A stretch of 64,000 nt of DNA, from NCBI RefSeq assembly GCF_009914755.1, contig NC_060931.1. One strand, 5' to 3'. This stretch comes from the human T2T-CHM13v2.0 reference genome, Homo sapiens. Shown in pieces: positions 39,490 through 55,180 of this stretch. The translations under genes and the position numbers were made by a program. A model generated the notes under the pieces. It saw only the letters and a program-made list of their open reading frames with translations, was not told the origin of the DNA and made no database searches. Every line of letters starts with the position of its first letter. Positions within the stretch are counted from its first letter, which is position 1.

Positions 39490-39835
39490 TTTTTTTCAAC
39501 AAAAAGTTTTAAGTACCTACTATGTACCAGGTATTCCTCGGGGCTTGTGGGATATACCTCAGAACAAAACGGGAAGAAATCACTGGCTGCATGGAGCTTA
39601 TAATGAGAGAGAAAAAATAAACAACTAATATAATAAATAACACACATATTGAATGCTTGAAAAAGATGAATGCTACGAAAGAGGAAAGTAGCAGAGCAGG
39701 GTAAGGAATGAAATTCCAGATGGGGCAGGATGGGGACATGTTGAAATGTGAAATAGGGTTGTAAAAATCCGAGAACAGACTTGCAGATTGGGGAAGTTAC
39801 CATGCAGACACCTGGGATAAGATCATGCCAGACAA
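39490..39835 (-). mobile_element. L2a fragment
   Basis: ttcaacaaa...acctactatgtaccagg...catggagcttata...catgcagacacctggg. Confidence 0.7.
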
Positions 39836-40915
39836 ATTATTATTGATGAGAGAAATTTCCATTTTAAGGATATATTCTAAAGAAATATAAGTATTTATGT
39901 ATTTTATATTGTTTCACAGTAATGGAACATACTTCATATACTGTTATGTAATCTGTCTTTATCAATATATTATTACACATTTTATGACAATAGGCATAGA
40001 AGTACATCATACCTTTTTTGATTAGATGGTATTCCAATAAAGGGTGTGCCATAAGTTATTTAACCAATCCCCGAGTTTTCACTTTTGCAGAGTACTACAA
40101 ATGACACTTTTGTATCAATATTTTCCATATGGTTTGTTTTGTTTTGTTTTTTGCTTTAGAACAGGAAAGTGGTATCTCTCAGTCACGGAGATGCACAGTT
40201 TTAAGGCATCTCCTTGACCAAGAGACACCACCTTTATATTAACATGTACTTTATAAGCTGACAATCCTTGCTCTCTTTGCAAATTCCTGAGATTGTGCAT
40301 GTTCATTGCCCAGGTCATAATGGCTGCTGACATTCAATCTTTCCATGAGGAGTCCCTTGCAGTCCCAGCACATCTTCCTGGTGTTTTCTCATCTGTTCTC
40401 GGTGAGATGGTGGGGAAGGTGGGTGGAGAACCAGACAATGTCTTCTCTTCACCTCCCTTCTGAGATCCAAGCGTCACTTAGTGATCACTGACAGCCATGA
40501 GTTTTGTGCTTACTGGTTTGCATTCTCTGAAACCCAATCATTCCTATGAATCACACATACTGGTTTTGTACAGAATAAAATAAAAAACATTTCCTCTCTC
40601 TCAGTTATTTTTCCCTTATTTCCCCACATTCTTCTCTAATCATTCTGTAGACCATTCACATTCCCTGTAGTAATGCCTACAATGTTTTGATATGAGTTTG
40701 CTACTTACAGTCCTGCTAGTTTATAAACAAACAAAACTATTGCTTTCCAGTGCTGGCAAGGTTCAGAGAAAAAAAAACAGCACTTTATTTCTATCTATGC
40801 TGATTTTAGCATAAAATACTACAATCTTTTTGGAAAATAGTTTGGCAAAATGGAACATGAGCTATAAATTTTCATATACTTGGTCTCAGCAATCTCAAAT
40901 GTAGGAGTACATTCT

Positions 40916-42166
<1,251 letters not shown>

Positions 42167-42266
42167 AGGAGTACATTCTAAAGGAACAATTCAGAATATG
42201 GATATGGAAAGGCATGTTTACAAACATGCTGATTGTAATATATTTCTATAATTCCCCATCAACACC

Positions 42267-42540
42267 TGTATTAGTTTTCAAAACAAAGGTGACTTTGTTA
42301 TAGATCACAAACTAAGTGGCTTAAAATGACCAAAATTTATTCTCTCGGCATTCTGGAGGCTAGAGGTCTAAATCAAGGTGTCAGCAGGGTTTGTTCTTTC
42401 TGAGGGTTCTGAGGGAGAATCTGTTTCATGCCTCTCTCTTAGCTTCTGGTAATGGCCAGCGATTGTTGACATTGTTTGGTTTGTAGATGCACCATTCCAA
42501 TCTCTGCCTCCTTCTCACATGTGATTTTCCCTGTGTCCCA
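42267..42540 (-). mobile_element. MLT1 (MLT1C-like) LTR fragment
   Basis: aaatttattctctcggcattctggaggctagagg...aatcaaggtgtcagcaggg...gggagaatctgtttcatgcctctc. Confidence 0.8.
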
Positions 42541-42974
42541 TGATGTTAAACAGTTATGGGAGAGGTTGGCCTTGGGCTGAATCCTGTTTATACCAGATTA
42601 CCTGACTTGTGGGAGAATCAGTAGAGATTATGACTTTGCCAATAGTTACCACCATGAGGACCACTTCCTAAGAGTCGTCTCCCCTTCATGTCCATGATAG
42701 AGTGGGTCATCATGCCACTTTTAGGCTATCAGTCAGCAATATAATGTTTGGTATTCATTGTTTAAACCCTCCAAACTCTTCAGGCAAGAAGAGCTGTCCA
42801 ATTCACAGATTCAGTCAGGATACCATTGAGTACTAACCTTGTAGAGTCACTGAAAGGATTTAAAGTTGTCATTGTTAGGATTTACATTTTAAACCTTGAA
42901 ATGTGATAGAAATTTTGCTGCCAGTATACACAGTTCTTGGGATTTAACCACTTATTAAAAAAACACCCATCTTA

Positions 42975-43325
<351 letters not shown>

Positions 43326-44835
43326 CTAATAGGATGAGAAATATTCCATCACATAGTGCAATTTGTGTGTCTACCCATGCCATTGATAACAAGAAAAGAG
43401 ACAAAAAAATAGCCTCCAGGGGTCCAGAATGAAGTGTTTCCCAAGTTGAAAAAGAAATAAATACCAAAAAAAGAAAATAGAAAAATTCATTATCTTCATG
43501 TTATGGAAAAATTGTATGTTTCTTCACTTATCAATTGCAGAGGAAAGAAGTAAACAACATCAAAATACATCCTTTCAACAGAGACACTGGTTGTAAATAA
43601 GGTTTCATCATTTGTATGCTTGTCCAAAGTGGTAACTTAGAATGACTGCTACCAGCTCTGGCTGTATCCAGAATGATAATTATGAAGTAAGTGCTGAGCA
43701 GATGCTTGGAAATAAAAGTTTGCCCTGAGCTGCCAGGAGCCTAAGGACAAAGCTAACAGTCCCCTTAAACCCTTAGTTTGGGAACAGAATTGTCAATACA
43801 GCCACAGTCTGCCAATTTGCTAAGCATCAATAGACATTAGCCATGCATACAAATATGGATTATTTTAAGAAAATAAATTGTCACTGACATATAATTATTT
43901 TTGCTTTCCTTTCTATGGATCTGTGCCTACTCTGAATATCTTAAAGCAGCAACTCAAAATTAATTCATAAGAAAAGGAGAAACAGGCTAGTAAAAATTGT
44001 ATTATAAGCTCACAGCAAGAAATACGTGTTTAAAAAGGGATTTATTCTTTCTTATTGGAATGAACACTTAATTTTCTACCTAAAATGAAATAAAACTTTA
44101 AGAAAATTTAAGGCTGCTGAGAAATCAGTTTTTCACATGCCAAACTGTGTTAGCAAAGTTGGGAATAAATCATCAAAGAAATCTGACTAGTACTACACTG
44201 CAGTTCCGGCAATATAATATTTAACTTTATATCCACATGAAGCAACTGTAGGACAACTATCACTAATGAGTTCACTGAATACTGTGATCTAATACCTTTG
44301 AATAATAGACAATTGGCATTCCTCCTCTTTGTGCTCTGAATTGCTCTTCTCTTGCTTTCCCTTCTTCTCATCTTCCTTCCATTGCTACTTCTCTGAAAAT
44401 ATCTTCCTTGTTACGACATTAAAAGATTTGCACCACTATCCTTATGCCCTCAATTTTCTCCCTTTCTGATTTTCCCACCACTACTGGTATTAAGCCTGCT
44501 TCCTTGGCAGCTCCTTTAGGTGACAATGACAAGAGTCACAGACTTGTCCTCTGTCTTTCTGGACTGTTGATGTGACATGTATTAAATTATACTCTTTATT
44601 TAGAATGAGAACAATGATTGGTAGTCTTTCTACAAATGGGCTTAAATTTCTGTTCTTTCATTGCTTGACTGCATTTTGAGATTGCGATCCAAACAAACTG
44701 AAAAAATATTTGACTAACAGTTACAAAATTTAGAAGTTTTGAAATGAAGGATTGTCTTTGTCATTTTGTGGCTTCTAATAAATATTTACCATTGAAAGAA
44801 AAATTTGGCCAATAAATTAGGAGTTATATAAGTAT

Positions 44836-44878
44836 AGTATATATATATATAGACTCTATATATACACACACACACACA
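44836..44878. repeat. (TA)n(CA)n microsatellite
   Basis: Visible directly in the sequence. Confidence 0.8.
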
Positions 44879-46169
44879 GAAGTTTATATAAATATAAGCA
44901 TTATAGTTATCTCAAATCTCTTAGTCAATTAGAGTGAAGGTCTATTATGATATTTTAAAAAAGATAATAAATGCTATTTTTGGAGTGCCTACTGTGTGTC
45001 AGAGACTTCACATTTGTTATTTAACACACACACCACCCCGTGATAATTACTGCTATCTCCGTTACCGCAACGAGCACAGTCAGTCTTGGAGAAATTATGT
45101 CACTTTTCCAACTTCTACTGTCCTGCTAAACCTTTCACAGTCTCAAACATAAAATCCATTTAATTTGCTCCCCATGATTTAGCGATATATTAGGCTAATT
45201 CGAAGGACATGAATTTATTTTGATAGAACGTAACCCATTTATGTAGGGAAGTATTTTATAACAGACTTTTACTATATTTTTATTTCACTCCTATAATTCT
45301 TACTAGGAAATGATTTTTGGTTTGATATTCTTGAATCATAAGATTGAAATCTACACTTCCTTCTTTGTGCTGCTTAAATCTCGCTCTTACTGCAGAACTT
45401 AACGCATTTCAGGGAAGCTCAAAGTTCCCTTAGCAGCAGATTCTGCCAAAGACTCTTCACTAACACGTATTCTGTTGAATTCAAGGGGCTTGCAGATAGA
45501 CTTTCCTTAGCCCTCAGTAGTGATTCTGATAGTGAGGGAATGTGTTGAGGAAAAAAGCATAACTGAGTACCTATTTGCTTGCCCTTTGGAAGGAAAATGG
45601 CAAATGCTTTTACTCCAGGAATCCAACTTGTCACAGGACAGTCATGTGGAAATGAATCAAGTTAATTATCCCTTTCTAGGAAAACTTACTTCTGGACATA
45701 CTAGTTAAACATTAGGACTTAGAGAAAATAATTTTGTACACTGCCTACCACAGAGAATTATTGCAGATTAGGAGAAGTATATTGGAAGTATTCAGGAGTG
45801 AAGTTGTTTTGGCAGAATCAGGGCCCCTGTGCTCACATGAGACGTGTGGGTCACTTGAAAGAAGATTCCATTATCAACTTTATTTCTTAATATTCATTGT
45901 CTATAAGACACAGACAGTCTGTGACGATTTAGATGGTCAATCAAGGGAGGCATGAAAGCACTGTTTTCCTCAGAAGAACTCTGAACTCCTTAACATGACA
46001 GATTTTTTCTTATTAATTTTACCCTCACTAAAGGTCAGCTGAGAATCAAATGAGATACCCATATAACCATAGTAAATGCATCTTCAAACATAAAGTTACA
46101 TATATACGGTATAATAATTTTGAATACATAATGCTTATTAAATTTTATATGCATTTAGTAATATAATGT

Positions 46170-46342
46170 TTACAACTCTAAAATATGCAGTATTTTTATC
46201 CCCCATATTATAGATGGTAAACTGAGGCACTTGTGAGTTTAAGTAATTTTTCCAAAGTCCACATTGCTAGTGATGGGCTCAGCTGACTTGAATCCAGGAT
46301 TCTTTTGCCCCAGAATGTGTGCTCCTAACCACTATGCATTGC
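46170..46342 (-). mobile_element. MIR
   Basis: ccccatattatagatggtaaactgaggcac...gctcctaaccactatgc. Confidence 0.75.
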
Positions 46343-46372
46343 CTGCCCTTCATAAAGTCCCATAAAAGAGTG

Positions 46373-46585
46373 GGAGTTGAATAATGAGAACACATGTACA
46401 CAGGGAGGGGAACATCACACACCGGTGCCTGTCAGGGGGTGGGGGGCTAGGGGAGGGATAGCATTAGGAGAAATACCTAATGTAGATGACGGGTTGATGG
46501 GTGCAGCAAACCACCATGGCACATGTATACCTGTGTAACAAACCTGCAGTTCTGCACATGTACCCCAGAACCTAAGGTTAAAAAA
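46373..46585 (+). mobile_element. Short 5'-truncated L1PA (PA7-like) 3' end
   Basis: L1PA 3' UTR plus poly(A); TSD aaaagagtg (46364-46372 / 46586-46594). Confidence 0.92.
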
Positions 46586-46663
46586 AAAAGAGTGTTTTCC
46601 TAAGGTACTATGTCCTTAGTCATGCATGCAAGTTGTCATTTCTTTTAATAGGCTGTGATCTCA

Positions 46664-47590
46664 TTTTTTTAATTTTTAAAAAATATTTCATTTTTATGGA
46701 TAAGTACTAGTTGTACATATCTGTAGGGTACAGGTGATGTTTTAATACATGCATACAACGTGTAATGACCAAACCTGGATAATTAGAATATATATCACCT
46801 CAAATATTTATCATTTCTTTGTGTTGGGAGCATTTAAAATATTCTCTTCTAGCTATTTTGAAAGATACAGTAAATTATTGTTAACTATACCTGCCCTATT
46901 GTGCCATTGAACACTAAAACAGACTCCTTCTAATTGGATTTTTGTGCCCATTAACCACCCTCTCTTCATCCCCCTCCTCACTACTCTTCCTCACCTCTGG
47001 TAAACACCAATCTATTTACTACCTCCGGGAGATCATTTTTTTTTAGCTTCTACATATAAGTGACAACATGTGATATTTGTGTGTGTGCATGCATGCATAC
47101 ATGCCTGGCTTATTTCACTTATCATGTCCTCCACTTCCATCCATGGTGCTTCAAATGATGGGATTTCATTTTTTACGGCTTATAACATTCCATTGTGTAT
47201 ATATGCCACATTTTGTTTATCCATTCATCTGTTAATGGACACTTAAGTTGTTTCCATATCATGGCTATTGTGAATAATGCGCAGTAAGCATGCACCTATA
47301 GGTATCCCTCTGACGCAGTCATTTCTTTTCTTTTGTGTAAACACCCAGTAGTGGAATTACTGGATTGTATGGTAGTTCTATTTTTAGGTTTTTCAGGAAC
47401 CTCCAAACTGTTTTCCATAGTGGTTTTACTACATCACACACCCACCAACGGTGTGTGAGCATTTCTCTTTCTCTGCATTCTTGCTAACTTTTGTTATTTT
47501 CTGTCTTTTTTAATAATAGCCATTCTAACTGGCTAATCATCAGGGAAAGCAAATCAAAACCACAATGAGATATCATCTCACCCCAATTAA
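46664..47590 (-). mobile_element. L1MA 3' fragment with a 5' inversion
   Basis: Antisense 46664-47532 followed by a sense segment at 47533-47590; TSD core aataggctgt (46647-46656 / 47591-47600). Confidence 0.88.
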
Positions 47591-48324
47591 AATAGGCTGT
47601 CAACCTTCAATTCTTTTGGAAAGGATCTGAGTGCTAATCACCTTTGACTCTGACAGAGCAAACCTTTGAACATATTGGGTTGATTATAGTTGAAAAGAAA
47701 CCACGTTTAAAACAAAATTATTTTACCTCAGAGGTAAGGATAACCATGTTGGAAATCTTCATAGTAGCACAGAGGTATAGATACTGAATATATTTGAGTT
47801 CTAGCTTCTCTGAGACAAAGTCATTCATTCACTCAAATATTTCGTGACTAAAATCTCCTAAGAAAGGAAAATAGGGGCAATATTCAAACTAGAGCCTAGA
47901 CCAAAGCAAGGAACCCTGAGCTCTTTGTGGAAAGCCAAAAGCATAACAAAAGGAAACCAAAGTCTTCTCAGGGTCAGGCTTAATGTGGCAATCCTCCGAA
48001 CAATATGCTTGGAGAAGCAGCCATCAGTGGTCAGCTCAGAAATTTCTGCCAGTGGAAACGTATAGGGTGAATCTTATCCTATTTGGGTGTTTTCATCTTC
48101 TCCCATCAGCAGATTGATTATTAGTTTATCAGGTTAGTCAGTTGGAACCTGTTGAATAACATACAGGGAGGGAAGGTTTTAATCAGTGAGCGGAGCAGGA
48201 ATATAAATGGCCTTTGGTGGTAAGGAACCTGAAGAGACATCTAGCCATTACTTGTACAAGCAAGTGTGGGTTATGAAGGATTTTTGGTAACGCACATAGT
48301 AGGTAAAATATTTTACCAAGTATA

Positions 48325-48460
48325 CGAAGACCTAACCTTTCTACAAATTATGTAGCATTGAACAAGCAGCTAAGCTTCTTTGGGTTTCAGTTTCCTCATC
48401 TGTGAAATAGGAGGGGCCTGGAATAGATGATTACTATAGCTCTTTCCACCTCTAACAACT
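48325..48460 (+). mobile_element. MIR/MIR3 fragment
   Basis: tttcagtttcctcatctgtgaaatagg core. Confidence 0.65.
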
Positions 48461-49784
48461 GGAAGGTTAAGGATTAACAGCAAGTTCATTAAGGTCAAAG
48501 TCAGCTTTAATCATTCAGCAGTGAAGCTAGAGTTTGCAGTGATGAGAAGGCAGAAGTCCTAACTTAAATCTCACCCTGTCGAGCACCTCTTTTGCCCTTC
48601 AATAATCATAAAGTTCTAACATCTTCGAAAGCTACTCAGGGCCAAGGTTCCTTAAGTACTCAAAAAAATTCAATTAAAAATCACTGAAAAACCTTCTCAA
48701 AGGAAGGATTTAAAAAGGATAAAAGAACCATGAATGGCAACACTTACTTTAGAAATCTCTTCAAATATTAAAAACAGAACATTGCAAAACAAAAAAAATA
48801 GCTCTCAATTGTACAGTATTCTGTCACAGTGCAGTTTGGCATCATGCCAAATATGCAAACACAGTGAAAAATTATCTTATGTGTTCTCTAAGGGTCCAAA
48901 GTTTTCTCAATTCAAGCCCATCTTCTCTTCCAAAGGAATGATAAATCTGAGATGAAAACAAGTCATATACACAGAAGGAATATAGACTCATAGTCCATTT
49001 ATTTACAAATATGTACTGTTCCTTCACCATATGGTTTGAACAAAGACATTAAAATGTGAAAACAACAGCAGGTCTCGAGCTTAGCTGCCATAGAAATAGA
49101 TTAGTTTCCAGGTCTGGCCAGTTCTCAGAGACATGTCGACCCACAGTCTGTTCAACCACAGGCACTTATGTTTCAAAAATGTCCCTACGGAACTCTACTT
49201 TCTCCTTTTTGCCTGCAGATGAATTAAATTAATGCTTTGCATATTTGGTTTTAAAAAATGACTCTTCCCTGTTTCAGTGGTCCTTTCTTTCAAGAATAAT
49301 ATTTTGTCTGGCTATTCAAATACTGTTTTATTAATAAATGACATATGCTAAAAGCCAACCAGATCTGAATGTTGGCATGAGCATTGTGTCTTCAGCCACA
49401 TCATGTCCCACATTTTTGGCGCCTTAGAACTTCCTAATCTCAGTTCCTTGGTTCCTTCCACCTGCCTCTCAGCTGGTCCAGCTCCTTTGTTAAGTCTCCT
49501 CTTGTTCTATCCCCCTCCCCACCACTACTCAGAGCCAGTCTCCTCTATTATACTCTAGCCCACAGTTACTTTCAAATATAATTATCTATGTTCTAAACAT
49601 CTAATCTGTGAATTAGTGGTACCTAATAAAGACATTGGCTAGAAAACATGTATTTAGAAGGACAGCAAAAAATCGTGTATATGAATTGCTTTTGGAATAA
49701 AGTGATACAGGTTTAAGCCCCTGTTTTATAATATGGTAACTTTTCTTCTACTGGGTCTAAACAACATTATTTCCTTGTAAAATA

Positions 49785-50105
49785 ATAATAATCATTTCAT
49801 ATTTATTGGGCATTTACTATGTCAGATATTGTGCAAAGTTTTAATACACATTATGTCATTTAATCTTTACAACAGTCCTATGAGCTATGCATTACTCATA
49901 CCTCACTCATTACTCAACCTCACTTTGAAATAAGAAAACTGAGGCCCAGAGAGATAATGAAACTTGACTAGATTTAGGGTTTCAACCCACGTTTATCTGA
50001 ATCCAGCACCAAACCTCACCTTGCAATGTTTTTATGAGGATCGAATAAGATGGTGTATGTAAGGACATAGCATGGGTTATAAAGTGCTGTGTAAATGTAA
50101 GCTAC
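49785..50105. mobile_element. MIR fragments (antisense then sense)
   Basis: catttactatgtcag...aagaaaactgaggcccagagag; atgaggatcgaataagatggtgtatgtaag. Confidence 0.7.
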
Positions 50106-50472
50106 TGTCCTAACCAAGACTTTAAATTAATGAATACAGGAAGTGTAGGCATTGTGTTGAGTTGGAGATGCAGAAGATTAGAGGGCAGGAATTAAACCTA
50201 CAGGCTTCTTATTATGGAGAATAAGGATTCAGGATCCCAAGAGGAACAAAATATTGTACAACAAATAAGTATAAATAAAATGCACTATGTGACTAATGAG
50301 AGGCCTCTTTGAACAAGGTAGCTCAGGAATAAAGAAAAGTATAATTAGAAAACTTTGAATTTAATAATCACTTCTTTCTTTTTTCTTTGGTTTTCAATGT
50401 CACTATCATTAATTCTTCCCAAACTATCTAATATAATAAATAAATGCCTCTTAATGCTATTTTTCCTAACAG

Positions 50473-50981
50473 TGAAAGAAAAGTTGCACTGGACAGGTTA
50501 AACTGGCAAGAAAGACTATTGCAATAAGAATCAAGACTACTACAATTGGTGATTAGAGATTGGACTCTAGTCCTCGAACACAAAAGCTAAAGAGTTTTGA
50601 AGCACTGGAGTGAACTAGTGGAATAGTACTGGAGGATGAGGACTTTAAGGGGAAAATTTGTCAGTGTGATTACACTATTGGTTTTTGCTAATTGACGCTT
50701 ATCAAAGTTAGGCCCCTACCTTTCCACAGAGACTAAGAGGCAGGGGCCCTAGCTTTCTAGATGGTTCCACTTCAAAGGGAATACTCCCAGGTCCTTGAGA
50801 AAGATATTACTGGGAGTAAAATTGTCAAGAAGCTGGAAGACAATTTACATCTCAAAGGGGCAGAGAAGAAACTTACAATCACAAGTTTTTCAAGGTAAAT
50901 GCTCTAAGAAAAGTTATATCAGGGGCCAATCAGAAGACTGTCTAAGGTTTAGTCAAACTGAAGTTAAGGGTGTTTTGGTCA
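50473..50981 (-). mobile_element. MER31/MER67-family ERV1 LTR
   Basis: ctcccaggtccttgagaaag...atttacatctcaaaggggcagag...gtaaatgctctaagaaaag...ttggtca; TG...CA termini. Confidence 0.8.
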
Positions 50982-51039
50982 CTACATCTAAGCACATCAG
51001 ATAATTAGATCCCCCCTTTTTTTCTGAACACATCTTTTC

Positions 51040-53600
51040 TGAAACTCTCTCCTCCCCTCTTTAATCTGGACTAGTTGCTCTCTAGGCCTGATGCACAGCT
51101 GTCAACCTGGGACTTTCTTTGCTTATCTTCCCTTATCTGGAGACACTAGTTTAGCAGAATACATAGATTTAGAAGAATACATTCTTCATTAACACCCTGA
51201 GACATGGTGCATACAAATAAAATTTTAAGACTTTAAGTGTCTGAAAATGTTCTTTTCTAGTCTCACTAATGACAAATCATTGGACTGAATATAAAAATCT
51301 AAGTTAAAAATCATTTTTACCTAGGTGTTTTCTTCTGCTGTGTTCTAGCTTTCACTATTCCTATTGAGAAGTCAAATACTGCTTGGTGCTCAATTTCTTG
51401 AATGTCACTTACTTTATTTCTAAAAGCTTGTCTTAGTCTATTCATGGTGCTATAACGAAGTATCATAAACTGAGTGATTTATAAACAACAGAGATTTATT
51501 TCTCACAGTTCTGGAGGCTGGGAAGTCCTAGATCAAAGGACCAGCAAGTTCAGTATCCGATGAGGATTCATTTCCTTGTTCATAGATGGCTCTTTTTGCT
51601 GTAACCTCACATGGTAGAAGGGGCAAGAGGTCTCTCTTTGGTCTCCTTTATAAGGGCACTAATGCCATTCATCAGGGCTCTGCCCATGACCTAATAACCT
51701 CCCTAAAGCCCCACCTTCTAATACCATCACATTTGGGGTTAGGATTTCAACATGTGAATTTTGTAGGGACACAACATTCAATCTATAGAAGAGCTTGTAA
51801 GATATTTCTATTATTCCTGGTGGTTTGAAATTTTATTCATTGCACTGGACTCTGAGTGACCCTTTCATTACGAAATCACATGTTCTTCAGTGATACATAC
51901 GTTATTGGATTAATTATTTGAAAATTGTTTTGTCTCCCCTTCTCTTTTCTCTGTTCTCTCTTTTGGGAACTCTTATGAATCGGACATTAGGTCTCATGAA
52001 TTTATCATCCAATCTTCTCTCCTTCTCCAAATTTCTTCGCCTTATTGTTCTATTTTCTCAAAGATTCCCTTGATTTTATAATCATATTGATTTATTTTAC
52101 TTTATTCTTAATCTCTAAAAGCTCAATTATTTTATTGCTTCTTTTAAAATATTCTGCTTTTGTTTTATGAATAAAATATTATCATTCATTTCTATGAGGA
52201 TATAGATTTAAATATTGTTTAAAATCTCAGGGTTTTTTTTTTCTTTTTGTTCTCTGGAGGAATTTCTTTTCAATTGATTATTTGGTTGATTTGTCTTTCA
52301 AATTGGAAATTTTTCCAAACTGTTGAACAATCCTTGGCTGTCTATTTATATTTAAGAGTGTGGCACTCAAGAGCTATTTGGAAGTACACTCTAGCAGATA
52401 TTGGAACACAGGGGTTTCATAGCAGGATCTCCAAATGTCAGTGTCTTTGCTAGATATTCTGCGTATGCACTGCCCCCACCATGACTTTTCTCCATTTATG
52501 TCCATCCTGCTCTGTCCCTGGAGGCTGACACTGAGAACTACACACTTAGACTTCCTGAACGGCTGGGCTTCAGTGAATAGACACTCTGAGGCTGTTCGTG
52601 AGCAAAAAAGGAGAGCATTCAGGGTATTTTTTTTCTCTTGATTCATTCTCCGTTTCAGCACAAAGTCTCTAGTAGTATTTGTAACTCTCTACATGTCAGT
52701 TTCTGTTGGGAGGGCTTTGTTCCACTGCTCCACTTTGTTCCTTCTGCCCTGGAGATGCAATGGCTTCCCACCGTTGCTAGGTGCTGGGTGACTCACCATC
52801 TCTCATTCATTTGCTCACATGATGGTTAGTATTAAGCAGCTCCTTCATTAACATCCTTCATTTGAATCCCTTAGGGTGAATCTGCTTTCCTGCCAGGATA
52901 GTAGTATCCACAAGTTTGTTTTTTGTTTTTTCTTTTTTTTTTCCCCTTTGGAATACTTCAGTTTCTCCAGAGAATAATCCTCTAATATTTTTTCAGAGAA
53001 TGGAGGAAGCATATGCCTGACTATGAATGCTCATAAAGCAAGGATCATTGGGGTGGGGGTTAAAGTTTCCATATGTAGCCTTTGGCTCCATGTTATCACC
53101 ATTTTATTGCAGTAGCTCTACCCTGTCTGCTGCTATCCCTGGTATTTTTGAGATTTACTTTCCACAAAGTAAATGTCCATTTTCTTGGTGGGGTTGGGCT
53201 ATAGGGGATGCAGGAAAAGATCATCAGGTCTAATTACCTCTCAATGAGGTACTTCTTAGCCAGTTCTTCTTGTTTTCAGCCCCATGTCTCATTCCAACCT
53301 TCTGCAGTATGGGTATCTCTAAGTCCTGAATCCTTCCAAGTGACATGGTATGAATTAACCTGCTTTCTTCTTTAATGACATACCTCTCTTATGGCTGTTG
53401 TTTTTTTTTCAGATCTTTTCATTCCTTACATTCATTTTCCATCTTCTAAAAATTTTTGGCATCTCTGATCGCTGTTGATGCACTGCTGGTTCTCTTTGTC
53501 CTTTGGTGTTTAGACCATATTTATACTTTTCTTCCAACTTTACTACAATTTTAGTGGGATTCATAGGGGAATTTAAAAATCATGTTTTTATTTCACCACA
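51040..53600 (-). mobile_element. Highly degraded old L1 (ORF1/5' region; L1MC/L1ME-like)
   Basis: Antisense ORF1-like text (tctgaaaatgttcttttctagtctcac; ctattgagaagtcaaat; tttgggaactcttat); boundaries approximate. Confidence 0.5.
51429..51790 (-). mobile_element. MLT1A-type MaLR solo LTR
   Basis: tgtcttagtc...atttatttctcacagttctggaggctgggaagtcc...ggatttcaacatgtgaatttt; TSD aagct/gagct. Confidence 0.9.
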
Positions 53601-53714
53601 AAACTGGAAACTTCTCCCATTACCTTTTAACAAGTGTAGATCTTGGCACTGAGAGCACCCAATATTGCTGAAAGGAAAGGTAGGTAGGACAAAAGAGGAA
53701 GAGCCCAGAAGGAG

Positions 53715-53759
53715 AAAAGTTACTCTGCATAAGACCTAAAAGTTACTCTGCATAAGACC
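53715..53759. repeat. 23-bp tandem duplication
   Basis: aaaagttactctgcataagacc at 53715-53736 and 53738-53759. Confidence 0.9.
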
Positions 53760-54284
53760 CAGAGAGGGGGGAACCAGGGCAGAGCTGAAAAACAAATATG
53801 TACAATAGAAACTTTGATGACATTTCCCAAGTCTTTTATATAAACTCTTTATCATATTCTCCCCAAGTCTTCCAAACAAAAACAGTATAAAACTTGTTTT
53901 ATTCACTAATGCTTTCTGGCATAGGTAGCCTTTAGGGGAAAGTGCTGGATTCAATTATGAGTTAATGCTACACATGGAGACAAGCAGCAGCTGGGCTCTG
54001 TTGCTTCTTATATTCCTTTCTTTTTTCTCTTTTCTTCCTTTCTTTCATTCAATTAATATTAAATGCTGTCTACTGCGGTATTATACTAGATACTATGAAC
54101 TATAAATCTCTGTTTTCAATAAGTTTACAGTATGCTTGGAGATGCTGAGGAGTTCACTGCCATTATGGAAAAGTGAGAGAAGTGTGGGAAGTGCTGCAGT
54201 AGAATAATGAACAGAGAGTTTGGTGTAGAGATGAAATCAGACAATCTCTGTCCACAAAGACCCTACATTCAAGACAGGTGGTTA

Positions 54285-54526
54285 GAATTTAAGATTTAAT
54301 ATATAGTTAATAATATTGCATTGTATACTTGAAATTGCCAAAAGATTGGATTTTGAATATTCTCACCACACACACATACAACAGGATAAATATGTGAGGT
54401 AATGGGCGTGTTAATTAGCTTGGTTGTGGTAATCATTTCACAATGTGTACGTATATCAAATCATCACATTGGATAGCTTAAACATATGCAATGTTATTTG
54501 TCAGTTATACCTCAATAAAGCTGGGG
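54285..54526 (+). mobile_element. L1MA8/9-like 3' end
   Basis: ttctcaccacac...tgtggtaatcatttcacaatgtgtac...ttatacctcaataaagctg. Confidence 0.8.
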
Positions 54527-54649
54527 TGAAATTTTCACCTAAGAGAGTGTATATTTTATACAAAAATATGTTATTAACATTTTTATTAATTCATCCAATG
54601 ACTCTGCATTTACTACCTTAAATAAAGAATTAATAGAATAAGGTAAAAA

Positions 54650-55180
54650 AGAACATTCTAGACGGTGCCAAGGTCTGTGCAGGGACAGTGAACCTGAAAC
54701 AGAGTGACATTTTCAGGGGCAAGCAAGACATTTAATGTAGACACAAGGTGAGAAATATGCAAGATAAGCACACGAGGCAGGCCGTAGTGTAGTGGAGTGC
54801 AGGGTGGCATAGTGTGAATTTCATCCTGAAAACTGTGACAGAGTTTCAAGAATTTCAGGATGAGATGTAAGATATAAACAGATTTAGATTTTTAGAAGAC
54901 TGGGAGCATTGTAGGGGATAATGAGGTGGACAAGATCAGAGGCAGAGAGAATAGAAGAAAACTAATTGCAGGCCAGTCATAAGTATGCACATTGAAGGGG
55001 CTCTGTCAGTGGCAGTGGAGCTAGAAGGAAAGGAGAAAGTAGGGAAGAGATTGTGGTTGGTGGTTAAAATCTATAGAATCTGGCAATTGGTTATTGAAGT
55101 AGGGAAGGAGGCAGAATTAAAAATATGTAGAAAGAAGACCTAAAATCATTCTTAGGTTTTCAGCTTAGATAACTGATTTC
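54650..55180 (-). mobile_element. L2 fragments
   Basis: gaacattctagacgg...gtgcaggga; cagatttagatttttagaaga; ttaggttttcagcttag. Confidence 0.5.
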
